From a virus: a stretch of 64,000 nt of DNA. Made by a program: the position numbers and the translations under genes. Shown here in pieces: positions 50,787 through 61,983 of the stretch. Within the stretch, counting starts at the first letter, position 1, and each line of letters opens with the position of its first letter. The stretch spans positions 64,001-128,000 of IMG/VR virus record IMGVR_UViG_3300022602_000036. One strand, given 5' to 3'. Under the pieces are notes generated by a model. It searched no databases. It saw nothing but the letters and a program-made list of their open reading frames with translations, and was not told the origin of the DNA.

Positions 50787-51202
50787 AAAAATTACTAATT
50801 GCATTGGCTATTGTATCACTGACTGGCTGTGCTACTATTCAACAAACTACTATCTACAAAGCTATTGTTATGGCTAAGTTTGACAACAATGAATACAGTC
50901 AAATCAACAGCATTCGTACACAGGCTAATCTAGGTGCAGCTAAATGCGGCACGCCAGAGGTAGTACCTGTAGTAGAAAACTTATACTATAAATCAGTAGA
51001 ATTAAAAAATTACTCAGCTAGTATTCCGCATAATGAAGAAGCAACCAAGATGGGCGCAGAACTTGCTGAAATAGTCAAAGGACTAAATGAAAGATATCAC
51101 GGCACAGAACCTGTAAGCTCTGGCTATTGTACTCTTAAATTTGGTACTATTGAGAAAAATGCAGTAACCATTCAAAATGTTATAGGAGCGAAACCAAGAT
51201 GA
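50783..51202 (+). CDS. lipoprotein
   Basis: lipobox LTGC. Confidence 0.75.
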   Translation: MKKLLIALAIVSLTGCATIQQTTIYKAIVMAKFDNNEYSQINSIRTQANLGAAKCGTPEVVPVVENLYYKSVELKNYSASIPHNEEATKMGAELAEIVKGLNERYHGTEPVSSGYCTLKFGTIEKNAVTIQNVIGAKPR

Positions 51203-51393
51203 GTACCATAGCACAAGCACAGGAATTAGAAGCACAACACAATGCTGGACAATTATCATCCAGTGAATATAAAGAATTATTAGAAGACTTACAACACACT
51301 GCCGCTGTAGAAGAAGCCGCAGGTGACATGGCAAAATTAACTCAGATACACCAAGTAATAGAAGGATTAAAAGTAGCCGCTGGTCTAGTTTAA
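51199..51393 (+). CDS. hypothetical protein
   Basis: 64 aa, ATGA overlap. Confidence 0.65.
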   Translation: MSTIAQAQELEAQHNAGQLSSSEYKELLEDLQHTAAVEEAAGDMAKLTQIHQVIEGLKVAAGLV

Positions 51394-51441
51394 TCCAAAA
51401 TCAATAAATACTATTATAATCAAGCATTAGGAGCTTAGACA

Positions 51442-52017
51442 ATGACAACAAAAGTAGAAAAACCAAAAGAAGATTTTATGACCAGCAAGTGGCGCCCAAT
51501 GATGGCTATGACATACATGGCTACTATTTGGTTTGACTTTATCTTAGGTCCAATTTTATTCAACATTTTACAGTATTACAATCCAGGACAAGCAGTTACT
51601 AGTTGGACACCGTTGACCTTACAAGGTGGTGGCCTATATCACTTGGCAATGGGTACTATTTTAGGTATCTCAGCATACACACGTGGTAAAGAAAAAGTAG
51701 CGGCTATTGAGAACGAAAAACCTTTTAGTGAAGGGTTTGGAGGCACCCCAGTAGCAAGTCCTTCAGCAGAGCCACAATGGGTTAGTGCTCCGCCGCAACA
51801 AGGCATTACTCCACAACAAACATGGGCTCAGCCAGCAGCACCTGTAGCAGATCCAACACCTGCTCCAGTGGTTCCAGCACCAACAACACCAACACCTGCT
51901 CCAGTAGACACTGGTCCTGCTCCAGTAGACAACAGTGTAGTTAGTGATGCACCAGCAGCTGCACCAGCAGTAGATCCAACAGACCCAGATCGTCCACTAC
52001 GTCGCGTAAAAAAATAA
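51442..52017 (+). CDS. holin (GTA 3TM-type) with Pro/Ala-rich tail
   Basis: WRPMM...Y, TM segments, G..LG..AY.R..EK. Confidence 0.7.
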   Translation: MTTKVEKPKEDFMTSKWRPMMAMTYMATIWFDFILGPILFNILQYYNPGQAVTSWTPLTLQGGGLYHLAMGTILGISAYTRGKEKVAAIENEKPFSEGFGGTPVASPSAEPQWVSAPPQQGITPQQTWAQPAAPVADPTPAPVVPAPTTPTPAPVDTGPAPVDNSVVSDAPAAAPAVDPTDPDRPLRRVKK

Positions 52018-52029
52018 ACTAGACATTAG

Positions 52030-52080
52030 TTGACATTAAATAAAAGGTAAGCTATAATAACATATAGTTTACCTTTTTTT
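52030..52080 (+). promoter_or_regulatory. sigma70 promoter overlapped by a terminator hairpin
   Basis: TTGACA-N17-TATAAT overlapped by AAAAGGTAAGCTATA/TATAGTTTACCTTTT plus T-run. Confidence 0.75.
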
Positions 52081-52098
52081 ATCAATCAGGAGTTTGGA

Positions 52099-52815
52099 AT
52101 GTTACAAGGCGAAGAGCAAGGACCTCTATTAGAAAGTCTAATCTATTTAAATCAAAGTAAAGTTATCGTAGAGGTAGGCGTTGCTGAAGCTAAATCTACA
52201 CACTTCTTATGCGAAGGTGCTAAGGCAGTTGGTGGATTTGTATATGGTTATGATCTATGGGACACACATGGATTAAACAATCAATTTGAACATTGGTCTA
52301 GCAAAGAAAAATGTGAAGATTACCTAAAATCAAAAGGTCATGTAAATTTTGAACTCACTAAGATCAACAGCAAAACTCCTGAGTTTCATGAATTAATTAA
52401 GTCAAAGCATCCACGTATTGATCTAGCATTCATTGATGGATGTCACAGCTATGAAGGTATCTTAAATGACTTTAATGCAATCTACCCACAACTAAGTGAA
52501 ACTGGTGTTATTGTATTCCATGATACTATGAGTATTGACGGTTGCAGAGAATTAATGATTGACCTACGTACTAAATTCTTTGATGGTACATTTGATTTAA
52601 TCACATTCCCGTATGGTAGTATGGTCTATGGGGATGGCAACAAAGTTGATCGCCGCACAGGCATCAGCGTACTGGCCAAACGTGGATTTGCTACAATACC
52701 ACAGGCCTGTGACGAAATCTGTAACCTAGATGATCATACACAAGATATCTATGTTAAAGAAGAAGAGTGGTATGAGTCAGAGCTTAAAAAAGCTAAAAAA
52801 GTAAAAACTAAATAA
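52099..52815 (+). CDS. class I SAM-dependent methyltransferase (Methyltransf_24-like)
   Basis: VEVGV...S, DLAFIDGCHSYEG..ND, G.IVFHD. Confidence 0.85.
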   Translation: MLQGEEQGPLLESLIYLNQSKVIVEVGVAEAKSTHFLCEGAKAVGGFVYGYDLWDTHGLNNQFEHWSSKEKCEDYLKSKGHVNFELTKINSKTPEFHELIKSKHPRIDLAFIDGCHSYEGILNDFNAIYPQLSETGVIVFHDTMSIDGCRELMIDLRTKFFDGTFDLITFPYGSMVYGDGNKVDRRTGISVLAKRGFATIPQACDEICNLDDHTQDIYVKEEEWYESELKKAKKVKTK

Positions 52816-52817
52816 TA

Positions 52818-52846
52818 TTGACAAAACCTTAATTTTATTGTAATAT
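52818..52846 (+). promoter_or_regulatory. sigma70-type promoter for dnaJ
   Basis: TTGACA-N17-TAATAT, ATG 6 nt downstream. Confidence 0.7.
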
Positions 52847-52852
52847 AATAAT

Positions 52853-53710
52853 ATGGCAAACGCATATGAAATATTAGGAGTGCCTAAAGGGGCTTCTGAT
52901 TCAGACATTAAAAAGGCTTACCGCAGGCTTGCGGGCCAACATCACCCTGACAAAGGTGGTGATACAGCCAAATTCCAAGAAATACAAAATGCTTATGAAA
53001 CCCTAAGCGATCCTCAAAAACGTGCTCAACATGATAATCCAAATCCATTTGGGCACGGATTCCAAGGGCATCCAGGTGGCAGTCATTTTGAATTCCACTT
53101 TGGTGGAGGTGGTCCAGAAGACATATTCCAACAGTTTTTTAACCAAGGATTTGGCGGACATAACCCATTTCAAAGACATCAACAACCCCGTCGTAATAAA
53201 GATCTACGTGTGCAATTGACTATTAGTCTAGCCAGCACCTTAGAACAACAAAAGAAAACAATCTCAGTACAGACTACCAAAGGCGATCGTTACAATGTAG
53301 ATGTTGATATCCCTAGAGGTATTAACAATGGCACTACTATCAAGTACACTCAATTGGGTGATAACATGTTTGATACCTTGACAAGAGGTGATTTATATGT
53401 TATAATTAACGTAGAAAATGACAGTCGCTTTGAGATACATGGTATCAACCTAGTAGCTAATTTGGAAATAAACAGCATAGAAGCTATGCTAGGTGTAGAT
53501 AAAATTGTCCAAGGCGTTGATGGAAAAGAGTACGCAGTTAAAATTCCACAAGGCTGTCAATACGGTACTAAATTTGGCCTACAAGGTCAAGGCTTATATC
53601 AAATGAACACACAACATCGTGGGGATTTGATTGTTAACGTTGTAGTTAAGACTCCAGTATTATCTGAACTACAATTAAACATGCTTAGAAACATTAACAT
53701 CATTCAATAA
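52853..53710 (+). CDS. dnaJ: DnaJ/CbpA-type J-domain chaperone (no Zn finger)
   Basis: YEILGV...[15 protein letters not shown]-rich linker, DnaJ_C. Confidence 0.92.
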   Translation: MANAYEILGVPKGASDSDIKKAYRRLAGQHHPDKGGDTAKFQEIQNAYETLSDPQKRAQHDNPNPFGHGFQGHPGGSHFEFHFGGGGPEDIFQQFFNQGFGGHNPFQRHQQPRRNKDLRVQLTISLASTLEQQKKTISVQTTKGDRYNVDVDIPRGINNGTTIKYTQLGDNMFDTLTRGDLYVIINVENDSRFEIHGINLVANLEINSIEAMLGVDKIVQGVDGKEYAVKIPQGCQYGTKFGLQGQGLYQMNTQHRGDLIVNVVVKTPVLSELQLNMLRNINIIQ

Positions 53711-53733
53711 ATATTTTTATATAGGACATAATC

Positions 53734-56037
53734 TTGGCTGACATGCAAAACAATCCTGAGATAGAACACATCATTAACACTGCCTGTGTTCTAGCCAAAG
53801 ACTACAAACATGAATATGTTACACTAGAACATCTATTAATTGCCTTAATAGAATCTAAAAACTTTAACAAGTTAGTCACTGACTATGGTGTTGATGTAGA
53901 AAATCTTCTACGCGACTTATATGATTATATTGGTCGTCAAACACATCTAGTCAACGAAATTAAACCAGATCTAACCCCAATGCGTACACACAGCCTAGAG
54001 CGTGTGTTTAATCGTGCATTTACACAGGTCTTGTTTAGTGCTCGTGATCAAATGGAACCTATTGATTTATTCTTGAGCATTAGTCAAGAACCTAATAGCC
54101 ATGCAGCATACTTTATGCTCAAATGGGGTATTAACCGCAAACAACTAATTGACTTTTTTGCAGAACAAAACAGCGATCGTTTTAATCGTGCTAAGAAAGT
54201 TGAAAGTACTAAGAAAGACTTTGCTGATAAGATTCTAGCAGAATACTGCACAGACTTAAACGCACAGGTCGTAGAAGGTAAGATTGATCCCGTAATTGGT
54301 CGTGCTTATGAATTAGAAGAAATTGCACAGGTTCTAGCACGTCGTAATAAATCCAATGTACTTATGATTGGTGATCCTGGTGTGGGCAAGACTGCTATTG
54401 CAGAAGGCCTAGCATATAAGATTGTCAATGGTGAAGTACCAGAATATTTAAAACCTTACACAGTATTCAACTTAGAAATTGGCAGTTTACTAGCTGGTAG
54501 TAAGTATCGTGGCGAGTTTGAAGAAAAACTCAAAGATGTACTACACGCCCTAGGTCAAAAAGGCAACTCAATCTTGTTTATTGATGAAGCACATCAAATG
54601 CAAGGTGCTGGGTCAGGTGGCTCTAGTCAAGTAGACTTTGCTAATATGCTTAAACCAGCATTGGCCAAGGGCAAGATTAAAGTTATTGCATCAACTACGT
54701 TTGAAGAGTATACTCAATCGTTTGAAAAAGATCGTGCGCTAATGCGCAGATTCTACAAACTAAATGTAGATGAACCTACGCCAGCTGTGGCCAAAGATAT
54801 CTTGTACGGATTAAGAACACACTTTGAAAAATTCCACGGCGGGGTTATCACAGATGATGCTATTGAAGCCGCAGTGGATCTAAGTGTACGTTATCAAACA
54901 GACAAACGTTTGCCAGACAAGGCCATTGATTTGATTGACATGAGTTCAGCTAAACTTAAGATTCAAAATCCAGACTTTGTAGTTACTAAACTAGACATTG
55001 TTGATACTATCAGCAAAGCCACTAAGATTCCTAAAGAGAATTTGTTAAGTGAAAAAGCCACAGAAAGTCTAGTTAACCTTGAAGCTACAATCAAGGACAA
55101 ACTATACGGCCAAGATAGTGCTGTAGATCAAGTATTAGAAAAGATCTATGTTGCCAAAGCTGGTATGAAATCACACAACAAGCCTGTAGGTAACTTCTTG
55201 TTCCTAGGACCAACTGGTACTGGTAAAACAGAACTATGTAAACTACTCAGCGAATCGTTGAGCATGAAACTCTTACGCTTTGATATGAGTGAATATCAAG
55301 AGAAGCATGCTATGGCTAAACTTATTGGTGCTCCCCCAGGCTATGTTGGCTATGAAGACGGCAATCTAGGTGGTGGCTTATTGATCAGTGAAATTGAACG
55401 TAACCCACATGCTATTATCTTGTTAGATGAAATTGAAAAAGCACACCCAGATATCAGTAACTTATTGTTACAGATCATGGATGAGGGCTACATTACAGGA
55501 TCTAACGGTAAGAAAGCAGATGCACGTCACTGTATCCTTATCCTTACTTCAAATCTAGGTGCTGCAGATGGTGAACAAAATGCTATTGGTTTTGGTAGAT
55601 CATTGCAAAAAGAAGGCACAGATGACGAAGCGGCTAAGAAGTTCTTTAAACCAGAATTCCGTAACAGACTTGATGCTGTAGTTAAGTTTGGTAAACTTGA
55701 TAAATTGGCTATGAAGAAAATTGTTGTCAAATTCTTAAATGAATTAAATGACCTACTAGAAGAAAAGAATATCAAAGTTCGTTCATCAGAAGCCCTAGTA
55801 GATCACTTAACAGAAGTTGGATTTGATCCTGCAATGGGCGCACGCCCGCTAGCACGTAAGATTAACGAACTTATCAAAGTACCGCTAAGTAAGAAAATCT
55901 TATTTGAGCACATAGAATCTGGTAGTGTAGTTACCGCTGATTACAGTGAAGATGTTGTTAAATTTATTGTAATTCCGCCTGCACTTGATCTATTAGAAAA
56001 CAAAACCGTTGACGAAAACGGCTACATTGTAGCATAA
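53734..56037 (+). CDS. clpA: ClpA-type AAA+ unfoldase
   Basis: N-domain [10 protein letters not shown]; Walker A GDPGVGKT and GPTGTGKT; IGF ClpP-docking loop; no ClpB middle domain. Confidence 0.93.
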   Translation: MADMQNNPEIEHIINTACVLAKDYKHEYVTLEHLLIALIESKNFNKLVTDYGVDVENLLRDLYDYIGRQTHLVNEIKPDLTPMRTHSLERVFNRAFTQVLFSARDQMEPIDLFLSISQEPNSHAAYFMLKWGINRKQLIDFFAEQNSDRFNRAKKVESTKKDFADKILAEYCTDLNAQVVEGKIDPVIGRAYELEEIAQVLARRNKSNVLMIGDPGVGKTAIAEGLAYKIVNGEVPEYLKPYTVFNLEIGSLLAGSKYRGEFEEKLKDVLHALGQKGNSILFIDEAHQMQGAGSGGSSQVDFANMLKPALAKGKIKVIASTTFEEYTQSFEKDRALMRRFYKLNVDEPTPAVAKDILYGLRTHFEKFHGGVITDDAIEAAVDLSVRYQTDKRLPDKAIDLIDMSSAKLKIQNPDFVVTKLDIVDTISKATKIPKENLLSEKATESLVNLEATIKDKLYGQDSAVDQVLEKIYVAKAGMKSHNKPVGNFLFLGPTGTGKTELCKLLSESLSMKLLRFDMSEYQEKHAMAKLIGAPPGYVGYEDGNLGGGLLISEIERNPHAIILLDEIEKAHPDISNLLLQIMDEGYITGSNGKKADARHCILILTSNLGAADGEQNAIGFGRSLQKEGTDDEAAKKFFKPEFRNRLDAVVKFGKLDKLAMKKIVVKFLNELNDLLEEKNIKVRSSEALVDHLTEVGFDPAMGARPLARKINELIKVPLSKKILFEHIESGSVVTADYSEDVVKFIVIPPALDLLENKTVDENGYIVA

Positions 56038-56097
56038 TAATTTTAGCCGTGAATTTTGCCCTGGTAAATAATAGCATATTATTTAGGAATTATAATC

Positions 56098-56262
56098 GTG
56101 GCAAAATTACATGAAGAAACCGTAGTAATCACAGTGAGTAAACTGCTAAAGAATGACGAAGATGCTTCAGAAATCTTAACCAGTGACACTGTAGCAAGTC
56201 TAGAGGCAGTAGTAGCAGAACTCGCTGGCGCAGGTGCGTTAGTAGAAATAACAGTAGCATAA
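56098..56262 (+). CDS. small hypothetical late protein (54 aa, not in track)
   Basis: GTG start, SD AGGA, TAAATA at 56065; MAKLHEETVVITVSKL...ELAGAGALVEITVA. Confidence 0.7.
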   Translation: MAKLHEETVVITVSKLLKNDEDASEILTSDTVASLEAVVAELAGAGALVEITVA

Positions 56263-56286
56263 TTCAATTTAAAAGAGAGATTTTCA

Positions 56287-57129
56287 ATGAGCAAACAATC
56301 AAAACGTATCAAACCTAACTCACCTAAAATGATGCAGGTTAATGTTCCAGCAGCAAATGCACAATCACAAGCGCAATCTGGACAATTTGACTTTAGTAAA
56401 GTACATGTCCACTTTGGTATCCCAGCATATGGCGGTATGATTACAGAACCTTGCTTTACTAGTTTCTTACGTTTTATCTTAATGGCAAGTAAGATGAACC
56501 TACAATGGTCATTAGACACTATGGTTAATGAGTCATTGGTTACACGTGCTCGTAACAACTTGATGGCTAAGATGATGACCAACACTGCGGCCACACACTT
56601 TATGTTCATTGACGCAGACATCCGCTTCCAACCAGAAGCTATCTTTATGATGCTGGCCACTGATAAAGATGTTATTGGTGGATTGTATCCTAAGAAAGCA
56701 CTACCAATTAGCTATGTAATTAACGTTAAACCTGGTACAATGATTCAAAATGATATTTTCCCAGTAGACACAATGGGCACAGGCTTTATGATGTTCAAAC
56801 GTCATGTATATGAAAAACTATGTGCTGCACATCCAGAAACAAAATACGTGGATGATGTGGGTCTAGGTAAACAATACGAGCCAACCATGTATGCTATCTT
56901 TGACTGTGAGATTGATGAAAAAGGTCACTATCTAAGTGAAGATTGGACATTCTGTCGTCGTTGGGCTAAACTAGGTGGTGAGATCTATGCTCACGCTAAA
57001 GTGTTACTAAACCACAGTGGTCACTATGAGTTTGCAGGTGATCTAAGTGTGTTAACTGGTGGTAAACCAACAATGCCTGATATTACTCCAGACCAAATAG
57101 CTGCAAAACAAGCACAACAAGCAGCCTAA
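56287..57129 (+). CDS. GT-A fold glycosyltransferase-like protein
   Basis: SLVTRARN, THFMFIDADI (DxD), GTGFM, SEDW.FC. Confidence 0.8.
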   Translation: MSKQSKRIKPNSPKMMQVNVPAANAQSQAQSGQFDFSKVHVHFGIPAYGGMITEPCFTSFLRFILMASKMNLQWSLDTMVNESLVTRARNNLMAKMMTNTAATHFMFIDADIRFQPEAIFMMLATDKDVIGGLYPKKALPISYVINVKPGTMIQNDIFPVDTMGTGFMMFKRHVYEKLCAAHPETKYVDDVGLGKQYEPTMYAIFDCEIDEKGHYLSEDWTFCRRWAKLGGEIYAHAKVLLNHSGHYEFAGDLSVLTGGKPTMPDITPDQIAAKQAQQAA

Positions 57130-57575
57130 TGACCGAAGAAAAACTGAGTTTCGTAGTAACCCTTAGTGGTACATTTTGGGAGAAACGACCTCAGTTTTCT
57201 ATTTGGCTTGATGATCACATTGTCATACAGAGTGAAATTCCTGATTCTGCTCAACACCTTATAAAGTTTGAGCATACAATTGGTGAAGGCCCACATAGTC
57301 TTAAAATTCGTTTAGAAAACAAGACCAATGATGACACTGTAATTGAGAATGGTGAAGTCATTAAAGATATGTTGCTGAACATAGATGACATTACCATTGA
57401 TGATATTAGCCTTGGCAATCTATTATGGACTGCTGAATACAAATTAGACAAACCCCAACAATATAATAATCAAACTATTGATCATTTAGATAGCTGTGTT
57501 AATCTAGGGTGGAATGGTACTTACATTCTTAATTTTAGTAGTCCGTTTTACATCTGGTTACTTGAGAAACTCTAA
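57129..57575 (+). CDS. hypothetical protein
   Basis: 148 aa, LGWNG....F.SP.Y.WLLE C-terminus. Confidence 0.75.
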   Translation: MTEEKLSFVVTLSGTFWEKRPQFSIWLDDHIVIQSEIPDSAQHLIKFEHTIGEGPHSLKIRLENKTNDDTVIENGEVIKDMLLNIDDITIDDISLGNLLWTAEYKLDKPQQYNNQTIDHLDSCVNLGWNGTYILNFSSPFYIWLLEKL

Positions 57576-57605
57576 GATAAATATAGTAACATCTACGGAT
57601 TTACT

Positions 57606-58397
57606 ATGTTATTAACTGAATTATACGAAACTAAACAACCCAAGCATGCAGCATTTTGTTTTGGCCGCATGAACCCGCCTACCATTGGTCACGCTCAACT
57701 AATGGCCACCACACAAAAAGCTGGTAAAGGTGGTGACTATTACATATTCCTTAGTCACACACAAGATCGCAAAGACAATCCCCTAGACTACGATACTAAA
57801 ATCAAATTTATTAAACAGATGTTTCCTAAATATGCTGGCCATGTTAGCACAACTGAGTTACGCACTATCATAGAAATAGCTGGATTTTTATATGATCATG
57901 GATACACACATGTTACCTTTGTAGCGGGTAGTGATAGACTAGAAGCATTCCAAAAACTACTCACCAGTTATAATGGTGTAGAAGGCAAGAAAACCTACTA
58001 TAAATTTGCTAATATTGATTTTGTATCAAGTGGCGAACGTGAAGACGGTGCAGAAGGCGTAGAAGGCGTTAGTGCTAGTCAAGCACGTGCGGCCGCAATG
58101 GCCAATAATATGCAGGCTTTTTCACAGGCCACAGGTGCAGGTAAATTTGCACAGTCACTATTCCAAGCAGTTAGAGCTGGTATGGGTCTAACTGAAAATA
58201 TTGCTGAAGCAGGTGGAGTGGGTGTAGTTAAAGGTGGCGATCGTAGATATAATAACAGTCTAACAGTAGATGTAAAACCTAACACACTTGGTAAAGAAAT
58301 GAAAGCATTTGGTCTAGTAGGCCGCAAAAATCCAGGTGCACCAACACGACAAATTCCAGTTGGTAAGAATGTAGGCAAAGGCAAGAAACCTGTTTAA
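57606..58397 (+). CDS. cytidylyltransferase-like nucleotidyltransferase
   Basis: FGRMNPPTIGH, GSDR, SASQAR. Confidence 0.85.
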   Translation: MLLTELYETKQPKHAAFCFGRMNPPTIGHAQLMATTQKAGKGGDYYIFLSHTQDRKDNPLDYDTKIKFIKQMFPKYAGHVSTTELRTIIEIAGFLYDHGYTHVTFVAGSDRLEAFQKLLTSYNGVEGKKTYYKFANIDFVSSGEREDGAEGVEGVSASQARAAAMANNMQAFSQATGAGKFAQSLFQAVRAGMGLTENIAEAGGVGVVKGGDRRYNNSLTVDVKPNTLGKEMKAFGLVGRKNPGAPTRQIPVGKNVGKGKKPV

Positions 58398-58399
58398 TC

Positions 58400-58714
58400 A
58401 TGGCAGAAGTTAGTCTGAGTGTACAAGTGCAGGTACTGCAGCCTAGATGGATTGATCATGAACGTAATCGTTATCGCTTGTATGTCAATGATGATCTAAT
58501 TACAGAACGTACTTGGATTTGGAACATAGACACTGTAATTGAAGAAAATATACTAGTTGATGTTCCCCCACACCTATCACATACTGTTAGAATAGAACCT
58601 ATCCTAGAACCTAGGTCTATAGCACAATTTGGCCTACGTAATTTCAAAGTAAACAATTGGCCTAAACCAGATTGGGGTGGTGCGAAGACTCAACTAAGTT
58701 TTATTATAGAATAA
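58400..58714 (+). CDS. hypothetical protein
   Basis: YRLYVNDDLITERTW.W. Confidence 0.75.
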   Translation: MAEVSLSVQVQVLQPRWIDHERNRYRLYVNDDLITERTWIWNIDTVIEENILVDVPPHLSHTVRIEPILEPRSIAQFGLRNFKVNNWPKPDWGGAKTQLSFIIE

Positions 58715-58737
58715 ATACACTATATTAGGAAATTATT

Positions 58738-59133
58738 ATGAAACCATCAGAATTTATTAAAGAAGAATTTGACAGCAAAGAATACAATGATGAAGCAGGT
58801 ATGGTAGAAAACAACCTTGTAACTATCATGCGTTCATTAGTAGACTTGGCCAATCACATCAAACACGATGACAATCTACCTGAATGGTGCCAAGAAAAAA
58901 TCGCCGCAGTTAAGGGTATGATGGTTAGTGTTAGTGATTATATTGTCAGTCAAAAATCATTAGGTATTGATCCTAAAGTAGACCAAGTATCAGAAGATGC
59001 CAGTGGCGGTGGTACATCAAGCGGTGGTATTGCTACTACTCCTATGGGTGGCATGGCTAAACGTAGCCAAGTAGGTAGCTTGTTTGGTGGCACTTACCAA
59101 CAACCTAAAAAAAGCAAGGCTAAAAAGAAATAA
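58738..59133 (+). CDS. probable head-internal protein
   Basis: MKPSEFIKE, LPEW.Q.KI, VSEDASGG.TSSG.IA. Confidence 0.65.
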   Translation: MKPSEFIKEEFDSKEYNDEAGMVENNLVTIMRSLVDLANHIKHDDNLPEWCQEKIAAVKGMMVSVSDYIVSQKSLGIDPKVDQVSEDASGGGTSSGGIATTPMGGMAKRSQVGSLFGGTYQQPKKSKAKKK

Positions 59134-59573
59134 TGGATAAGTTTTCAACGCAGTTAAAGATTGCTTTTGCTAGCCAATATGCGTTTGCTATCAAAGCACA
59201 GAACTTTCACTGGAACGTGGAAGGTCCAGAGTTCTATCAACTGCATTTGTTGTTTGAAACAATCTACAACGAAGTCTACGGTGCCGTGGATGATTTTGCA
59301 GAAAATATCCGTAAGATCAAAGCCTATACTCCAGCAAGCCTAGAACGTTTTTCATCATTGACCGCAGTTGATGATGAACTAGCAGTTTTAGATCCACAGG
59401 CTATGGTAGCAGAATTATTGGGCGATGCTGAAAAAATGCAAGAAATTATGAAAGTGTTGTTTGTTGAAGCTGAAAGTCTTGGGCATCACGGCCTAAGCAA
59501 CTTCCTAGCAGATCGTCAAGATGCATTTGCTAAACACGCTTGGTTCTTACGTGCAACACTTAAAGGTAACTAA
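59133..59573 (+). CDS. dps: Dps/ferritin-like protein
   Basis: KAQNFHWNVEG..F..LH..FE..Y......D..AE; KHAWFL. Confidence 0.92.
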   Translation: MDKFSTQLKIAFASQYAFAIKAQNFHWNVEGPEFYQLHLLFETIYNEVYGAVDDFAENIRKIKAYTPASLERFSSLTAVDDELAVLDPQAMVAELLGDAEKMQEIMKVLFVEAESLGHHGLSNFLADRQDAFAKHAWFLRATLKGN

Positions 59574-59575
59574 TT

Positions 59576-61528
59576 ATGGACATGAAAAAACTTTTAGAAT
59601 CAATTACTAGACTAGAAGGCAAAGAGTCTATGAAGGGTGCCGAAAAGGCGCCTACAGGCCCTAAGTTTACAGGCTATTGGAAAGGCACAGACTCAGCAAC
59701 ACCAGGTAACAAAATGGTAGGCGGTGGTGCAGAAGAATATGACGAAAGTATTCTAAAAGACCTAAGCAAAGGTCCTAAGGCCAAAACCGTTGAAGAAGAA
59801 CTAGCAGAAGCCTATGCACAGTTTATGGAAGATGACCTAGGTGTAGAACCTAAACGTCCAAGTCGCAAAGGCAGTCGCCCGGAACGTGAATATACTAAAC
59901 ACGGTAAACCAAGTAAACGTTATAAAGAAGTTAGCGTAAATGAACATGGAGATCAAGAAGATTACAAACCATGGGGATCACAGGATTTAGAGCCAGGACA
60001 AAAAGCTGTTCAAGGTAAACCTGTAAAAGATACTAAAAAATTTACTAAAGATCTAGCTAAAGATTTTGGCAAACATTTAGGTCAAGATGACGACGACTTA
60101 GAAGAAGGTGTTGCTGATCGTGTTTATACTGTAAACATTGTGCGCCGCAGTAGTTTTGGTGGCGAAGATAGAACACGTTCAACATCAGGTACTATTCCAG
60201 AATTGCTAGACTATTTTGGCTACACATTAGAAACAGGCAAATCATACGAACACGAACGTGGTCGTTACAAAATCAACATGGCACCTAAGAACATTAAGAG
60301 TCTAGTTGACAACTTAAACAAAGCCGCAAGTAACGCTGCCAGAAATGGACACAGTAGTACATATTACGAAGTAGGCAGTGAAGAACAACAAGTCACAGAA
60401 GGTCGTGTTAAAGACGTTGCCATTGACCTCAAAGAACTATCTGACGAAGAATTTCTTAAAAAATACAAAAAAACCAAAGCAGAAATGCGTTCAGCACTAA
60501 GTGAAGCAATCAATCCAGCACAGCAAGCGGCTATTGCTATTTCAATGAAGAAAGCTCATAAGAAACCTAAAAATGAAGGTTGGGGTGCTGATGCGGCCAA
60601 TGCTCGTCACGCAGAACAACAAAGTGACTGGGACAAAACTTTAGAAAAATACAAAAACGATCCTAAAATGACCAGTAGATTAAAACATCTACGTAGTTGG
60701 AAAGCTAGTGAAGCTGAAAAAGCCGCACACGCTGGCGAATACGTTGTTCGTGGTCGTGGACATAAATTCCCAGGTGAAGACTTAGATGAAGCTACATCTA
60801 CTGTAAAATACGGTGTGTTTGCCAAAGGTGGTAGCGTTGGTAGTGATAACAGCAAACCATACAAGGTATTTGACACTAAAGAAGAAGCCCTTGCTTGTGC
60901 TAAAAGATATCGTTCACAGTTAACACCAGGTGAACGTGACTACTATAAAATGGGCTTTGTAACCAAGGCTATTAAAGAAAGTAGCGGACATAAAGTAATT
61001 GATAAGAAATTAAAGGATCGTGACAGTTGGCAACGTTTCTTAGATCAAACTCCAGAAGAACGTGCTGCTCACGAAAAGAAAAATGCAGAGATTGCAAAAA
61101 AATTAGCCAAAGACTACAAAAGTCCATTCAAACATTCAATCTGGAAAGATGAAGTAGAAGAAGACATTGTGCCAATGGCTAATCCACAGTCTACTGGTTC
61201 TGTTAATCCAGCCAATCAACCTACAGATCAACAAGCTGAACAAGATCCTAAAACAGCGGCACAGACTGCTATTGCATTAAACACTCTTAAATCTGCTGCA
61301 GGAATCACAGCACAGCCAAAAGATATTGCCAAAGCACTAGATGATGTTAGCCAAGGTAAACAGGTTAATCAACAGGATATGACTAAACTTAAACCTATGA
61401 TGGATGTGATGAAAACTGCTGGCACTGACCCAAAGGTTGCACAACAGTTTAAAAATCTATCAACACAGGCCAAGCAAACACAGCTACAACAACAGCAACA
61501 ACAGGCCAAACAACAACCTAAGACTTAG
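59576..61528 (+). CDS. charged multi-segment probable head-internal protein (650 aa)
   Basis: MDMKKLLE start, repeated [ILV]xE sites, Q-rich tail. Confidence 0.7.
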   Translation: MDMKKLLESITRLEGKESMKGAEKAPTGPKFTGYWKGTDSATPGNKMVGGGAEEYDESILKDLSKGPKAKTVEEELAEAYAQFMEDDLGVEPKRPSRKGSRPEREYTKHGKPSKRYKEVSVNEHGDQEDYKPWGSQDLEPGQKAVQGKPVKDTKKFTKDLAKDFGKHLGQDDDDLEEGVADRVYTVNIVRRSSFGGEDRTRSTSGTIPELLDYFGYTLETGKSYEHERGRYKINMAPKNIKSLVDNLNKAASNAARNGHSSTYYEVGSEEQQVTEGRVKDVAIDLKELSDEEFLKKYKKTKAEMRSALSEAINPAQQAAIAISMKKAHKKPKNEGWGADAANARHAEQQSDWDKTLEKYKNDPKMTSRLKHLRSWKASEAEKAAHAGEYVVRGRGHKFPGEDLDEATSTVKYGVFAKGGSVGSDNSKPYKVFDTKEEALACAKRYRSQLTPGERDYYKMGFVTKAIKESSGHKVIDKKLKDRDSWQRFLDQTPEERAAHEKKNAEIAKKLAKDYKSPFKHSIWKDEVEEDIVPMANPQSTGSVNPANQPTDQQAEQDPKTAAQTAIALNTLKSAAGITAQPKDIAKALDDVSQGKQVNQQDMTKLKPMMDVMKTAGTDPKVAQQFKNLSTQAKQTQLQQQQQQAKQQPKT

Positions 61529-61983
61529 TCATCTAGGTCTTCTGGTTCTTGCCCAGCTGATTGCAGTTCCTTGTCTAGCTTTTTAATTGCTGATTTTACA
61601 CTTGCTAGTTTATTAAACAGTTTAGCACCGCGTTTACCATTGATGTACAAGCAGAACTTACCAGTTAGGTCTGCTTTGACTTCTGCTAGCATATCACCTT
61701 TAAATCCAATCTTAGCAGTGTATACTGGAGCAACATCAGCTAGAGTGTCAAACCCTAGTAGAATACTGTCACCTTGAGCACCAATCTTAACTAATCGTTG
61801 ATCAAATACGCCACTTGAATTAGCTTTACGCATGATCATAGCAGCTACTCGAACATTGTTTTCTGCTACTTGAATAGTACCATCATCGTCAATCCAAAAA
61901 TCTTCACCTTCAAATGGCCCGTCAAACGGATCTGAAATAATGTTGGTTAACTGTTTGTTGAATGTAGTCATTGTTGGGTTCAC
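61525..61983 (-). CDS. hypothetical early protein
   Basis: 152 aa; own sigma70 promoter on - strand. Confidence 0.75.
   Translation of the reverse strand: MNPTMTTFNKQLTNIISDPFDGPFEGEDFWIDDDGTIQVAENNVRVAAMIMRKANSSGVFDQRLVKIGAQGDSILLGFDTLADVAPVYTAKIGFKGDMLAEVKADLTGKFCLYINGKRGAKLFNKLASVKSAIKKLDKELQSAGQEPEDLDD

Noticed and set aside
56079-56660. 193-aa - strand ORF
   Set aside because: Overlaps two better-supported + strand genes (56098 and 56287) that follow a late promoter.
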